Part shown: piece after piece, positions 1 through 9,191 of the stretch | Layout: each line of letters opens with the position of its first letter | Position numbering within the stretch: the first letter of the stretch is position 1 | The notes under the pieces: generated by a model | Databases searched by the model: none | The model's input: the letters and a program-made list of their open reading frames with translations, nothing else | Told to the model about the DNA's origin: nothing | Program-made: the position numbers and the translations under genes | NCBI GenBank assembly: GCA_030648615.1 | Contig: JAUSHJ010000045.1 | Coordinates: 25,071 to 89,070, forward strand | DNA: 64,000 bases | Direction: 5' to 3' | Source of the DNA: Candidatus Micrarchaeota archaeon | Lineage (GTDB): Archaea > Micrarchaeota > Micrarchaeia > Anstonellales > Bilamarchaeaceae

Positions 1-219
1 GATCAATGCTCGTACGACTTTCTTTATCATTTCAGGGTTTCCTTTTTTCACTGAAGCAATTATAATATCCCCAATGCCTATTGATGGATTTCTTGAACGT
101 ACTCCTTTTGTTCCGAGTGTACCTATTACGAATAGTTCTTTTGCACCACTATTATCATTGCAAACCAGATATGAACCGGTTGTAAGACCTTTTGTAATTT
201 TTGCTGTGAGTCCCTTCAT
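1..219 (-). CDS. rpl14: 50S ribosomal protein uL14 (3' part cut by window edge)
   Basis: Reverse-strand translation from ATG at 219 gives MKGLTAKITKGLTTGSYLVCNDNSGAKELFVIGT..., typical uL14; follows S17 as in the conserved spc cluster. Confidence 0.8.
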   Translation of the reverse strand, partial: MKGLTAKITKGLTTGSYLVCNDNSGAKELFVIGTLGTKGVRSRNPSIGIGDIIIASVKKGNPEMIKKVVRALI

Positions 220-270
220 AATAATCTAATCCATTTATTTAGTTTTAGTGAACAAGTTCACTGCTCCACG

Positions 271-573
271 TTACTCCGTGGATGGCTTTACAATTTCCAA
301 AACAGTCCATGCCTTTGTCTTGCTGATTTTTCTGCACTCGCCCACGGTTACAACATCTCCTATTTTTGCTCCGATGCAAGCTGGATTGTGTGCTGGAATT
401 TTTGAATGTTCCTTTGCCCATCGCCTATATTTCGAAAGGAATTTTGTAATGTCGAGTTCTACCACTGCGGTTAATTTAGCTTTTGTGGTAACTACTCTAC
501 CTTCTGTTCTTCCCCCTCGAACGCGAATGGTTCCGTGAATATAACAATTTTTATCTGTGCATTCTGTTGTCAT
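271..573 (-). CDS. rps17: 30S ribosomal protein uS17
   Basis: 100 aa; TECTDKNCYIHG...RGGRTEGRVVT motif typical of archaeal S17; operon position between rnp1 and L14. Confidence 0.8.
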   Translation of the reverse strand: MTTECTDKNCYIHGTIRVRGGRTEGRVVTTKAKLTAVVELDITKFLSKYRRWAKEHSKIPAHNPACIGAKIGDVVTVGECRKISKTKAWTVLEIVKPSTE

Positions 574-794
574 TTATATACCTCGACATGAGCATCTCTA
601 AGTTATTTAACGCCACTATAATGAGGCGAAGCTTGAACTGGTTTCTCTCGAAACATTCAAGGTATTCGAAGTTAGATCTCGTATCCGTTAGACACGAGCT
701 CTCGATGAAAGTTCAATTTCATCAAGATTAATAATTCTAATCGAAAATTTTAAAATTCTAAAGTTAATTTAAGAGGAAGGATTTATAAAGACTC

Positions 795-1076
795 CTACAC
801 TTTCTTCGCTCGATCTTCAGGTCTGAACATTATTTCCTTTCCGTCTATGTCAAAAGTACTCTTGTCTCCTAGATAAAATCTAAAGGTACAAGAACGTTTC
901 TGTAACTTTTTTTCTTGTCCGACCTTATTCTCAATTACAATTAAATTTTTCGTCTCATCAACTATTTTTCCTTTAGCACCAATCATATTTCTAGAGTGAG
1001 AATTTACAACTTCCACCATAAGACTAATGAATGTTGCATAGAGAATTGTTTGTCTGTTACGAAACATCTGTTGCAC
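795..1076 (-). CDS. rnp1: RNase P protein component 1 (Rpp29/Pop4 family)
   Basis: 93 aa; GAKGKIVDETKNLIVIENKVG core resembles Rpp29; conserved archaeal position between SUI1 and S17. Confidence 0.6.
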   Translation of the reverse strand: MQQMFRNRQTILYATFISLMVEVVNSHSRNMIGAKGKIVDETKNLIVIENKVGQEKKLQKRSCTFRFYLGDKSTFDIDGKEIMFRPEDRAKKV

Positions 1077-1824
1077 CTTGTAAATTTTCTGGAATGTTTT
1101 TCTTTAATGTAAGTACTATGTCAGCTGTAGAAATTTCTCCGTTTAAATACTGAAGAAAGAAAGGTTGTGATTTCCTTGAAGTTAATCCAGTAAATATAAT
1201 TTCAGGATTATTATTTAAATCGATAATTTTTCTGCAGGCAATTAAAACAATTTCAGGTTTTTGTGAAAACAATACCAGTGCATCTGGATTAAGAGCAAGA
1301 AACGAAAGTATATTGTCCATACCTCGCTTAGTTACTCTTGCTAGTTCAAGAAATGAATTTGGATTTCCCATAAAAGCTAGAGAAAGAGTGTTGGATAAAT
1401 GTTTAAAACAGGAGAAAGCTTTTTGACGGGTCGCAATTGCAATCTCAACAAAAAATGCTGGATCCTTGCTAAAAAGGTTAGATGCTGCCTCATATTCTAA
1501 TAGTCTACTAAGAGAATTAAAAACCATGAAAAGACCGTTGTCACTACTTGCTAGAGCCATTTCAACAAACGGAGTAGGGTCAGCTACAAAAAATTTATAG
1601 AATATTGTACTGTATTTAGAATTCTCCAGACGATAGATAGCCCGACTAAGATTTTCATCAGTGAGTGTTGCTTTCAATTTATTGAGTGCGTCTCTTACCA
1701 GTTCGAGTTTTTTATTTGGGTTATCACTATTTATTATAGCTAAGACCATACCGTCAGAGCAACCTGAGCCTACTGCATGTTTGATGCCTTCAGGAGTTCG
1801 TTTTGTTTTTGGTTGAGTTGACAT
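1057..1824 (-). CDS. hypothetical protein, paralog A; shares N-terminal TKRTPExIKHAVGSxCSDG motif with the 1936..2442 ORF
   Basis: 255 aa ORF inserted in the ribosomal operon; N-terminal 20-aa motif plus ~75 nt of ~85% DNA identity with its neighbour; helical C-terminal domain, no family recognised. Confidence 0.5.
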   Translation of the reverse strand: MSTQPKTKRTPEGIKHAVGSGCSDGMVLAIINSDNPNKKLELVRDALNKLKATLTDENLSRAIYRLENSKYSTIFYKFFVADPTPFVEMALASSDNGLFMVFNSLSRLLEYEAASNLFSKDPAFFVEIAIATRQKAFSCFKHLSNTLSLAFMGNPNSFLELARVTKRGMDNILSFLALNPDALVLFSQKPEIVLIACRKIIDLNNNPEIIFTGLTSRKSQPFFLQYLNGEISTADIVLTLKKNIPENLQGATDVS

Positions 1825-1935
1825 AAATAATACCTATAGATATATTGGATAGTGAAGTAAATAAATTACGTACTTTTTGTTTTTCTTAATTCTTCTAAGT
1901 CTAGATAAGTATTAGTTACAATGACGTATTCACCC

Positions 1936-2442
1936 TTAGGATGTAGCCTTATCAAACTTTTCAAGAAATTGAAAAATTTCAGATGTAAATTCTTTTGGAA
2001 AAAAATCAACTAAAATTAGTAAATATTTATTATCCATATTTTCAAAAAATGAAACGAATACTGCATTTTGAACTTCGTCCTTGCTCTCTTCTTGACACCT
2101 CAATATAAATTGTGCAATTCTTTTTGTTAATTCCGTATCTTTTTTTGTAATTGCATCTTCACAAAATCTACGAAAATAACCAAATACAATATTAACTCCA
2201 ATATCACAATCTTCCTTATTATTTTCATAAATCTGTTTAAATTCAGGAAATGAGTTTATAAGTTCTTTAATAAAATTTTTTTCATTAATTTTTGAATTAT
2301 CACTATTTGCTATGACCCAACCCGTACCGTCAGAACAGTCTGAACCTACAGCATGTTTGATATTTTCAGGAGTTCGTTTTGTGCTTGGTGGAGCTTTTTC
2401 TCCTTTTTGTTGATCGCTAGATCGAAGCTGAAAAATTAGCAT
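1936..2442 (-). CDS. hypothetical protein, paralog B; same N-terminal motif
   Basis: 168 aa; its ATG overlaps the SUI1 stop (TAATG), implying translational coupling; contains TKRTPENIKHAVGSDCSDG. Confidence 0.5.
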   Translation of the reverse strand: MLIFQLRSSDQQKGEKAPPSTKRTPENIKHAVGSDCSDGTGWVIANSDNSKINEKNFIKELINSFPEFKQIYENNKEDCDIGVNIVFGYFRRFCEDAITKKDTELTKRIAQFILRCQEESKDEVQNAVFVSFFENMDNKYLLILVDFFPKEFTSEIFQFLEKFDKATS

Positions 2443-2747
2443 TATCTCACTTCTATGCTTTCCTTGGGATAACCGAGTTTCTCAAGAACAGCTGACACAT
2501 TCTTTTTGTGATTACCCTGAAGAATAATTATGCCATCTTTAGATGTACCGCCACAGGCAAACTTGTGCTTAAGCTCACTGGCAGTCTGATCAATATGTTC
2601 CTTTTCTATACCTTGAATAATAGTAACTAGTTTCTTGAATTTCTTGGCAGTAGTATAAATAGTAATTTTATTAGCTCCTTGTTTGTCCAAGACTTCACAT
2701 ACACAAAGATCCTTCAATAAGCCGCATTTGTTGCAAATATCTGCCAT
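2442..2747 (-). CDS. sui1: translation initiation factor SUI1/eIF1
   Basis: 101 aa; C-terminal FACGGTSKDGIIILQGNHKKNV matches the SUI1 fold signature; conserved archaeal position after L29. Confidence 0.8.
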   Translation of the reverse strand: MADICNKCGLLKDLCVCEVLDKQGANKITIYTTAKKFKKLVTIIQGIEKEHIDQTASELKHKFACGGTSKDGIIILQGNHKKNVSAVLEKLGYPKESIEVR

Positions 2748-2825
2748 TAATAATTTACCTCGATAGGTTTATATGAGTATGAACGAATTTAAAGTAATGT
2801 GTTCACAGTGACTTCAAACATTTAA

Positions 2826-3017
2826 TTATACTGCTGCTTTCCTTGCCAACTCGCCAATGTGGAATTTCAATGCTGCAATAGTTTTTCTCACAGACTTGGA
2901 TTTTTCCATCTTCCCTTCTCCGTGGAGTTCCAGCATTATTCTTTCCATTTCAAGGACTTTCTGCTCTGCCTGAACTTTTGAAAGTTTCTTCATTTCGATT
3001 TTTTTGATTAATGCCAT
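2826..3017 (-). CDS. rpl29: 50S ribosomal protein uL29
   Basis: 63 aa helical protein MALIKKIEMKKLSKVQAEQKVLEMER...; position between S3 and SUI1. Confidence 0.75.
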   Translation of the reverse strand: MALIKKIEMKKLSKVQAEQKVLEMERIMLELHGEGKMEKSKSVRKTIAALKFHIGELARKAAV

Positions 3018-3080
3018 AAATTTTCACCAAATTTATTATCTCAAAAATTGTGATTTTCTCGATGCCATAGGTATCACTTA

Positions 3081-3785
3081 TCACTTTGCAACTGGTTCGC
3101 TCTTAACTACAGATGGAGCTACCGATGGTCTAACTGCAGGTTGTTCTCCTTCAATCGTTTCAGCCGCAGTTATTACCTTTGGCAACGAAAGTACGTGAGT
3201 AGATTTCTTATCTGGAAATACAGTTCCCGGTGGAACTATTCTGACTAAAACACCAATAACACCAAATTTTGTAATTGCATGAAAATGTGCTTCTTTTACA
3301 AGTCTTGCTGGTTCACCTGCTTTTGGTATAAACCCACCTAAAACACGAAGGGTTTTTGCACGACCACCTTTGGACATGACACCAGATGCAACAATTTCTG
3401 CACCCAATGCACCTGCACTTATTATTTCCCTAAGGAAGTAATGTAATATTGAACGTACTTTCTTTCCCATTTCGATGTGTTTTGCAGCTCTTTTTGCCAA
3501 AATTCTTGGTTCTAAAAACTGTTGTTTAACTTCGATAACACTTATCTGCGGGTTTTCAATTTTGAAATCTTTTTTAATATCATCAGTAAGATCGTTGATT
3601 AATTTTCCTCTTTTTCCAATTATTCTTGCAGGATTTATTACTTCTAAGGTGATTCTTGTTACCAATGGAGTTCTCTGAATATCTACGCTAGCTAAACCTG
3701 CACGGTCAAGCTTCTGCTCAAGATATTTCATAATCTGGTATTTGACTATTGGTTCCTCGATAAGTTTGTCTGCATATAACATCAT
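3081..3785 (-). CDS. rps3: 30S ribosomal protein uS3
   Basis: 234 aa; KH-domain region and GAEIVASGVMSKGGRAKTLRVLGGFIPKAGEPA motif. Confidence 0.9.
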   Translation of the reverse strand: MMLYADKLIEEPIVKYQIMKYLEQKLDRAGLASVDIQRTPLVTRITLEVINPARIIGKRGKLINDLTDDIKKDFKIENPQISVIEVKQQFLEPRILAKRAAKHIEMGKKVRSILHYFLREIISAGALGAEIVASGVMSKGGRAKTLRVLGGFIPKAGEPARLVKEAHFHAITKFGVIGVLVRIVPPGTVFPDKKSTHVLSLPKVITAAETIEGEQPAVRPSVAPSVVKSEPVAK

Positions 3786-3786
3786 T

Positions 3787-4491
3787 TCACCTTAGCTGCT
3801 TATTTTGCTTGATATTTGACTCCGAATGTTTCACCTTAGCTGTCTGTTTTGCTTCGGATTTTGCATCATGTTTTACTTCTGATCTCGTATCATGTTTTAT
3901 TTCTGAATGTTCATGCTTTTCTTTTGTATCAGATGCCTCTAATTTTGTATCGTGAACATGTGGTTTTGCTTCAGTTTTAACTTCCTGTTTTGGATCTGGT
4001 TTCTTTATGTCAACCTTCTTCAAAGCTCCAGGAGTCCCTTTAAGGACTATTTCAATTCTAGCAGTGGAAAAGTTTTGTTTCATCTTTCTTCCTTTTGCTG
4101 ATAGTCTACCATAAATCATTTTGGTATTTGCTGCTGCATGAACTACAATAAGATCATTTTCACCAAAACCCTTAACGCGTGCATTTGCAATGGCACTTTT
4201 CACTACTTTTAATACTGCAGCTGCGGCTTTCTTTGGATATCTTCCTTGTCTTCCTCCCAATTCTCTTCTGTGCCCAAGATTCTTATTATGACGAGCAAAT
4301 AAAATTGGAATTTCTCCTTCTGCAGCTTTTTCCAAAAATGCAACAACTCTATCAGCTTTTTTCTGAGTTATTCTACCGCAAACCTGTGAAAGATCTCTTG
4401 TAGATGCATCTACTCCTTCCACTCTTGCGAATGCGAAGGAATTGATATCCTCTTTTGTTTCAAATGAGTAACTTTTTGTCATAATCATCAC
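3787..4491 (-). CDS. rpl22: 50S ribosomal protein uL22 with ~80-aa K/E/H-rich C-terminal tail
   Basis: N-terminal ~150 aa is the L22 fold (GRITQKKADRVVAFL...); C-terminus is low-complexity KHD/KSE repeats. Confidence 0.85.
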   Translation of the reverse strand: MMIMTKSYSFETKEDINSFAFARVEGVDASTRDLSQVCGRITQKKADRVVAFLEKAAEGEIPILFARHNKNLGHRRELGGRQGRYPKKAAAAVLKVVKSAIANARVKGFGENDLIVVHAAANTKMIYGRLSAKGRKMKQNFSTARIEIVLKGTPGALKKVDIKKPDPKQEVKTEAKPHVHDTKLEASDTKEKHEHSEIKHDTRSEVKHDAKSEAKQTAKVKHSESNIKQNKQLR

Positions 4492-4889
4492 TTTAGTGGT
4501 ACGAACTTGCTTCCTCTTGTTGCACCTACACCTGGACCAGAGTGTAATACTCTTCCGATAGTGTGCGAGAAGTCGCCGAGTCGTTTACCTACCTTATCAT
4601 ACGTAATTTCAACTGGTTTGAAATCTTTTCCATTATGAACGCCAAATTTTAACCCTACCCATTCAGGTATGATTACTGCATCTCGAACGTGAGTTCGTAT
4701 AACCTTCTTTGGATTCGTAGTCATAACTTTCTTGACTTTTTCCATGAACTGTTTCAGTCGAGGATTATTACCGAGTCTTTTAAGAGTCCTTCTATTTCTA
4801 GAAGTGGTCATTTTCACGAAATCATCCATTGAAATGGATTTGACATTTTCTGCATCAATACCTTTGAAAGTTTCACGTCGCATTATCAT
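4488..4889 (-). CDS. rps19: 30S ribosomal protein uS19
   Basis: 133 aa; GKDFKPVEITYDKVGKRLGDFSHT core; 4-nt overlaps with both neighbours. Confidence 0.9.
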   Translation of the reverse strand: MIMRRETFKGIDAENVKSISMDDFVKMTTSRNRRTLKRLGNNPRLKQFMEKVKKVMTTNPKKVIRTHVRDAVIIPEWVGLKFGVHNGKDFKPVEITYDKVGKRLGDFSHTIGRVLHSGPGVGATRGSKFVPLK

Positions 4890-5641
4890 TCACCTTGAGC
4901 GGCATCCATTGCCTTCTTTGATTTTCTTCTTCCAGTACTTCTGGCTGCTATGTGTCCTACCTTAGAACCTGGAGGTGATCCTCTAGCAATAGTAGTTGGC
5001 TTACCAACGTGGTGCTGTTTACCACCATGTGGGTGGTTATATGCAGACTGGTGAACCCCTCGGTTCATTGGCCAGCGTCTGTGTCTTGCAGTAAACTTAT
5101 GGAATGAATTTCCTGCTTTAAGCATTGGTTTATCCAATCTTCCTCCGCCAGCTGCGACACCAATTTGTGCACGGCATTCGTTGGAAATTATTATTGTTGT
5201 CTTACTTGGCAACCTTAGATATACTACATCATTTTCTTTTGAAATTATATTTGCATAACTTCCTGGTGCGCGAACCATCTTGCCGCCGTCACCTGCATTT
5301 CTTTCAATATTAAATATATAAGCGCCATCTGGAATTCTGTAAAGAGGCAGTACACTCCCTAATAATAGTCTTGCCTGTGCACCGACTTCAATATAATCAC
5401 CAATTGCAATTCCTTCTGGTGCTAGGACATATCCTACTTCACCATTATCATAACGAACACTAATAAGTATGGTATCTCTTGCTGGGTCATCGACTAATTT
5501 CAAAACTTTTCCTCTAAGTACGCCTGTCTTTTCAAGATCATCGTAACTTCTATAGTTCAAATCAGTCTTGAATCTACTTGTTGGAGCAATGTAACGCGGA
5601 CTTGCTGAACCACGTCTCTGTTGTTTTAGTCTCTTACCCAT
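4886..5641 (-). CDS. rpl2: 50S ribosomal protein uL2
   Basis: 251 aa; C-terminal MNRGVHQSAYNHPHGGKQHHVGKPTT... L2 signature. Confidence 0.95.
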   Translation of the reverse strand: MGKRLKQQRRGSASPRYIAPTSRFKTDLNYRSYDDLEKTGVLRGKVLKLVDDPARDTILISVRYDNGEVGYVLAPEGIAIGDYIEVGAQARLLLGSVLPLYRIPDGAYIFNIERNAGDGGKMVRAPGSYANIISKENDVVYLRLPSKTTIIISNECRAQIGVAAGGGRLDKPMLKAGNSFHKFTARHRRWPMNRGVHQSAYNHPHGGKQHHVGKPTTIARGSPPGSKVGHIAARSTGRRKSKKAMDAAQGE

Positions 5642-5714
5642 AAATATTCACCAAATTTATAATCATTTATATTCTACATTTTACCAATCATCATTCTACC
5701 TTCTACCAATCATA

Positions 5715-5975
5715 TTACGCCATCTTCAATTTAGTTGTAACGTCTTCTGCCTTGGAACCTGCTGCTAACTTTACCAGAGCACGTTTTACTCCCTTGGCAG
5801 TTATAAATGTTTTAACATGTACCACTTTGACAGCGAAAAGTTTTTCAACTTCATGCTTCACTTCTGCCTTATTGGCGTTCATACTTATCTCGAATGTTAA
5901 TGTATTTTCGAATTCGATCTTTCCGATCGCTTTTTCAGTTTTAATTGGTGCTAGTAATATCATAAAATCACGCAA
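5715..5975 (-). CDS. rpl23: 50S ribosomal protein uL23
   Basis: 86 aa; position between L4 and L2; KLFAVKVVHVKT motif. Confidence 0.85.
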   Translation of the reverse strand: MRDFMILLAPIKTEKAIGKIEFENTLTFEISMNANKAEVKHEVEKLFAVKVVHVKTFITAKGVKRALVKLAAGSKAEDVTTKLKMA

Positions 5976-6711
5976 ACATTTTTTTCAATTCGTTTAAAGC
6001 ATTCTCACTATATATGGTTACCCTTCCACCAGCACAGCCAGGAGCCAAATGTTTTACTTTCAATTTAGAAGGTGAAACGGTTTCTACACCAGCAATATTT
6101 TTTGCTGCTTTCAAAACGTTTCCAGTGGCAACTACTAATGCACCTTTGCAACCATTGCTCTTGGAATTGATAACCATTGAATTTAAGTTAAGCAACTCGA
6201 AAACTTTTAATACGTCTTGAGTTTTCTTCAGTGATTCAAAAGAATTATCCATAACTAAAGGATAGGAGGCTAAGGAAAGTTTTTTGTATCTTGCATTTAC
6301 AACATCCTTCTGAGCTGTTGCAGCCAATGCACTCATTAATGCTTTCCTGTATTCTTTCTTATTAACTTCTTCTATTATTTTAGTTTCAGGTTTTGGAGGA
6401 TGTGCTCTTCTACCCTTAACAGCATGAGGAACTCGTTTTACTTTACCGAACTGTCCTTTTGGCTGGACTTCGTGAGGTAAGTGTGGAATACCTTTGTTCT
6501 TTATTGCACCGTACATTTCTTTTCTTCCACGGTATTTGGCACTAGTTTCCAAACCTGCAAATTTATAAGAACCCTTTGGCTGGTATTCTTTGCTTTCATC
6601 GCTAAGGACTGCTCGCTTTATCAAATCATCACGATAATGCCCTTCGAAAACTTCCGGCAAATCTATTTGTTTGAGCGCTTTTCCTTCAATCGAATATAAT
6701 GTTGTTTTCAT
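5968..6711 (-). CDS. rpl4: 50S ribosomal protein uL4
   Basis: 247 aa; position and composition typical of archaeal L4. Confidence 0.9.
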   Translation of the reverse strand: MKTTLYSIEGKALKQIDLPEVFEGHYRDDLIKRAVLSDESKEYQPKGSYKFAGLETSAKYRGRKEMYGAIKNKGIPHLPHEVQPKGQFGKVKRVPHAVKGRRAHPPKPETKIIEEVNKKEYRKALMSALAATAQKDVVNARYKKLSLASYPLVMDNSFESLKKTQDVLKVFELLNLNSMVINSKSNGCKGALVVATGNVLKAAKNIAGVETVSPSKLKVKHLAPGCAGGRVTIYSENALNELKKMFA

Positions 6712-6720
6712 ATGTTACAC

Positions 6721-7665
6721 CTATTGCTTTGAATCCAAAGAAGTATAGTTAAGCTGTGGCTCCTTGAATGCTGGAGAACGAACACCTAATCTTAATTTCA
6801 CAAGTCTCTTTGGTGGACCTGGCACTGAACCATGTACTATTATGTAATCATTTCTTACAAAACCATAGTGAGGAAAACCATCTTTTGGATTTATTTCTTC
6901 TACTTTCTCACTAATTTTCATAATTTGCTTATTCAACTCAGTTCTTTTATGATAACCAGTTTGACCAGCTTGTGGAACAGTGTAAAGTACGTAAGCAGGA
7001 TGCCACTGACCCAAAGTACCTACGTGTCTATATTTACCTGTTGCTTTTCTTCTTTGCTTGGCAATACCAAATCTTTTTACAGGACCTTGCCAGCCTTTAC
7101 CTTTTGTAATAGAAACAATATCTACGAATTCACCATGCTTGAAAACATCTTTTGCTCTTATTTCTTTGCCAGCCAATGTTTTTGCATATTCGATTTTTTC
7201 ATTGACATCTTTTCCACCAATACCAAGTTCCATTCTTTCAATGTGCTTCTTGCCTATCTTGGTTTTTGATGGCTGTACGAAAACTAGTAAACGAACATCA
7301 TTAACAGATTCTACTTTAACTTCCTTTTGCTGTAAAGGTTTTTTTATGTTGAGTAATTTTAATACAGTAGCATCTGCAGTTAAAACATCTGCAATTGAAT
7401 CCATGCCATCGTAGCATCGATAACCATATACTTGTATTGGTGGCACTTCAATTACCGTTGCTGCACCAGTTAGCTCCTGACCTTTTGTAGGAGATTCTCT
7501 GTGATCTATATATGAAATATGAGTCATTCCAACTTTATATCCTGCAAATCCTAGAACACGTTTTTGTTCTTCGTCCTTCCAGTAAACCCTAGGGTTCTGA
7601 CTAGCTGCCCTTTTTCTTGGACGGAATGCCATACTACCTCTGCGCGGTCTTCTTAAGTCTGTCAT
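6721..7665 (-). CDS. rpl3: 50S ribosomal protein uL3
   Basis: 314 aa; PRRGSMAFRPRKRA N-terminus and FGIAKQRRKATGKYRHVGTLGQWHP motif; first gene of the cluster. Confidence 0.95.
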   Translation of the reverse strand: MTDLRRPRRGSMAFRPRKRAASQNPRVYWKDEEQKRVLGFAGYKVGMTHISYIDHRESPTKGQELTGAATVIEVPPIQVYGYRCYDGMDSIADVLTADATVLKLLNIKKPLQQKEVKVESVNDVRLLVFVQPSKTKIGKKHIERMELGIGGKDVNEKIEYAKTLAGKEIRAKDVFKHGEFVDIVSITKGKGWQGPVKRFGIAKQRRKATGKYRHVGTLGQWHPAYVLYTVPQAGQTGYHKRTELNKQIMKISEKVEEINPKDGFPHYGFVRNDYIIVHGSVPGPPKRLVKLRLGVRSPAFKEPQLNYTSLDSKQ

Positions 7666-7694
7666 TGATAAAACACCTTATGTTTTTGAAATAT

Positions 7695-7775
7695 CCCAAT
7701 TGTTGCAATGCAACAATGGGCATCTTGTCGCTCAACGCGACAAGCTTGTTGTCCGTTAGGACAATTCATATGAAT
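7695..7775. repeat. hairpin-cluster repeat element, copy 1 (upstream of the ribosomal operon)
   Basis: cccaattgttgcaatgcaacaatgggcatcttgtcgctcaacgcgacaagcttgttgtccgttaggacaa: three consecutive TTGTYG/CRACAA stem-loops plus the AATGGGCATCTTG linker. Confidence 0.8.
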
Positions 7776-7946
7776 TACCTAAAACGTCTTGTGGTGGGTG
7801 TAAAAATGTTTAATTCTTAACACGCTACGAAGACTAAAACCTTTTTCTCTTGCATTGCCCTACATTGACAAATCGCTCTTAGCGACAGCCGAACAGGGTT
7901 GCCAAATTAAAAGTATAGAGTAAATATGAAAAGAAAGGTTTAAATA

Positions 7947-8555
7947 TCAACTGGTGTGTTTTCCAAAATCTTTTGTTTCTCCATTAGCAGGTTGAACTTC
8001 GAATAATTTTAACTTTTCTTCACTTAGAGAATCAACAGTAAGACGAGTTACTAGCTCAGTGTAAAAAAAATGCATACCTTTTTTTGCCCACGCATAAATA
8101 AGCATAATTGCAGTTGCAGCCATGACAGCAAATGCCCATTTTCTTGCAGGCTCACCTAAATCACGCGCATGATCAATTAAACGATTTATCAGAAATGCAA
8201 CCGGCGTAATCACTGACCAAAAAGTACCCACTAAAGTAATAGTTGCAATGCTTACTCTGGCATGCATATAAGCAATTTTTCTTGCTTCCATAACTGCAGT
8301 TTCATCTAGTTTTTTTGATTCTGAAACCATTGGTGTCGCAATGAGAGCACGATCTAATCTACGCATATGTAATACTTCATGAAATATATAAGAACCGGAT
8401 TTACCTATGCCGGCATCTTCTAAATGCAATTTGTCTCCTCTTAATGATTGTGCTTTCAACCGATCTAACTTAAAACGATTTATTCCACTTGGAAGCAGGT
8501 ATGCTCTTTCGAAAGGTTCTTTGAATACCATTTTTCGTTTTATATCGATTGCCAT
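7947..8555 (-). CDS. hypothetical membrane-anchored protein, family X member 1
   Basis: 202 aa; shares MVFKEPFE, HMRRLDRALIATP, ARKIAYMHAR and EPARKWAFAVMAATAIM with the 8616..9155 ORF; C-terminal transmembrane helices. Confidence 0.55.
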   Translation of the reverse strand: MAIDIKRKMVFKEPFERAYLLPSGINRFKLDRLKAQSLRGDKLHLEDAGIGKSGSYIFHEVLHMRRLDRALIATPMVSESKKLDETAVMEARKIAYMHARVSIATITLVGTFWSVITPVAFLINRLIDHARDLGEPARKWAFAVMAATAIMLIYAWAKKGMHFFYTELVTRLTVDSLSEEKLKLFEVQPANGETKDFGKHTS

Positions 8556-8615
8556 AAATTACGCGTCACCTGTTTTTCCTGAAGTTTGTTAAACATCGAA
8601 TAATTTTAACTTTTC

Positions 8616-9155
8616 TTAACTTAGAGACTTTCCAAGGAAAAAATCTATTAGCCAGTTAACATAGGATTGAAGAACATCTTGTCCACTTTTGAAACTAGTC
8701 ATAATTGCAGTTGCAACCATAACAGCAACTACCCATTTTCTTGCAGGCTCTATAAAAATCGCTATAGATGCTGCTACTTCACCCGCTAAAAGAGTTATAC
8801 CAACTGCATCAATAGATGCAATGAATAACCGAGCACGCATATATGCATTTTTTCTTTCTCCCATTATTTCTGCTTCCGTAAATTTTTTAAATTCACTGTC
8901 GATGGGAGTTGCAGTAAGCGCACGATCTAATTTACGCATATGACTTATTTCACTGCCAGTATAAACACTCAGACTTATCATAATAGTTGTATCTTCTAAA
9001 AGCAAATTATTTCTTGCCAGTACATTTGACCTTAATTTAGCTAAATTGACAAATTTATTAAGGACCGGAAGTACTTTTTCAAATGGTTCTTTAAATAGCA
9101 TTTTTCTATCTAGACCAAATAATTTTCTAGTTAAATCAGTTCCCATAAATAACAC
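8616..9155 (-). CDS. hypothetical membrane-anchored protein, family X member 2
   Basis: 179 aa; clear paralog of the 7947..8555 ORF (MLFKEPFEKV, HMRKLDRALTATP, ERKNAYMRAR, EPARKWVVAVMVATAIM). Confidence 0.55.
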   Translation of the reverse strand: MLFMGTDLTRKLFGLDRKMLFKEPFEKVLPVLNKFVNLAKLRSNVLARNNLLLEDTTIMISLSVYTGSEISHMRKLDRALTATPIDSEFKKFTEAEIMGERKNAYMRARLFIASIDAVGITLLAGEVAASIAIFIEPARKWVVAVMVATAIMTSFKSGQDVLQSYVNWLIDFFLGKSLS

Positions 9156-9191
9156 TAAATTATAATTAGTATAAAAAGGTTTTAAATAGTG

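Noticed and set aside
6832-7414. Plus-strand ORFs (145 and 118 aa) inside the rpl3 region, and similar plus-strand ORFs across 3004-7820, 10291-11518, 15041-17355
   Set aside because: They lie antisense to strongly supported ribosomal protein and RNAP genes, have low-complexity composition typical of shadow ORFs in AT-rich DNA, and lack sensible start contexts
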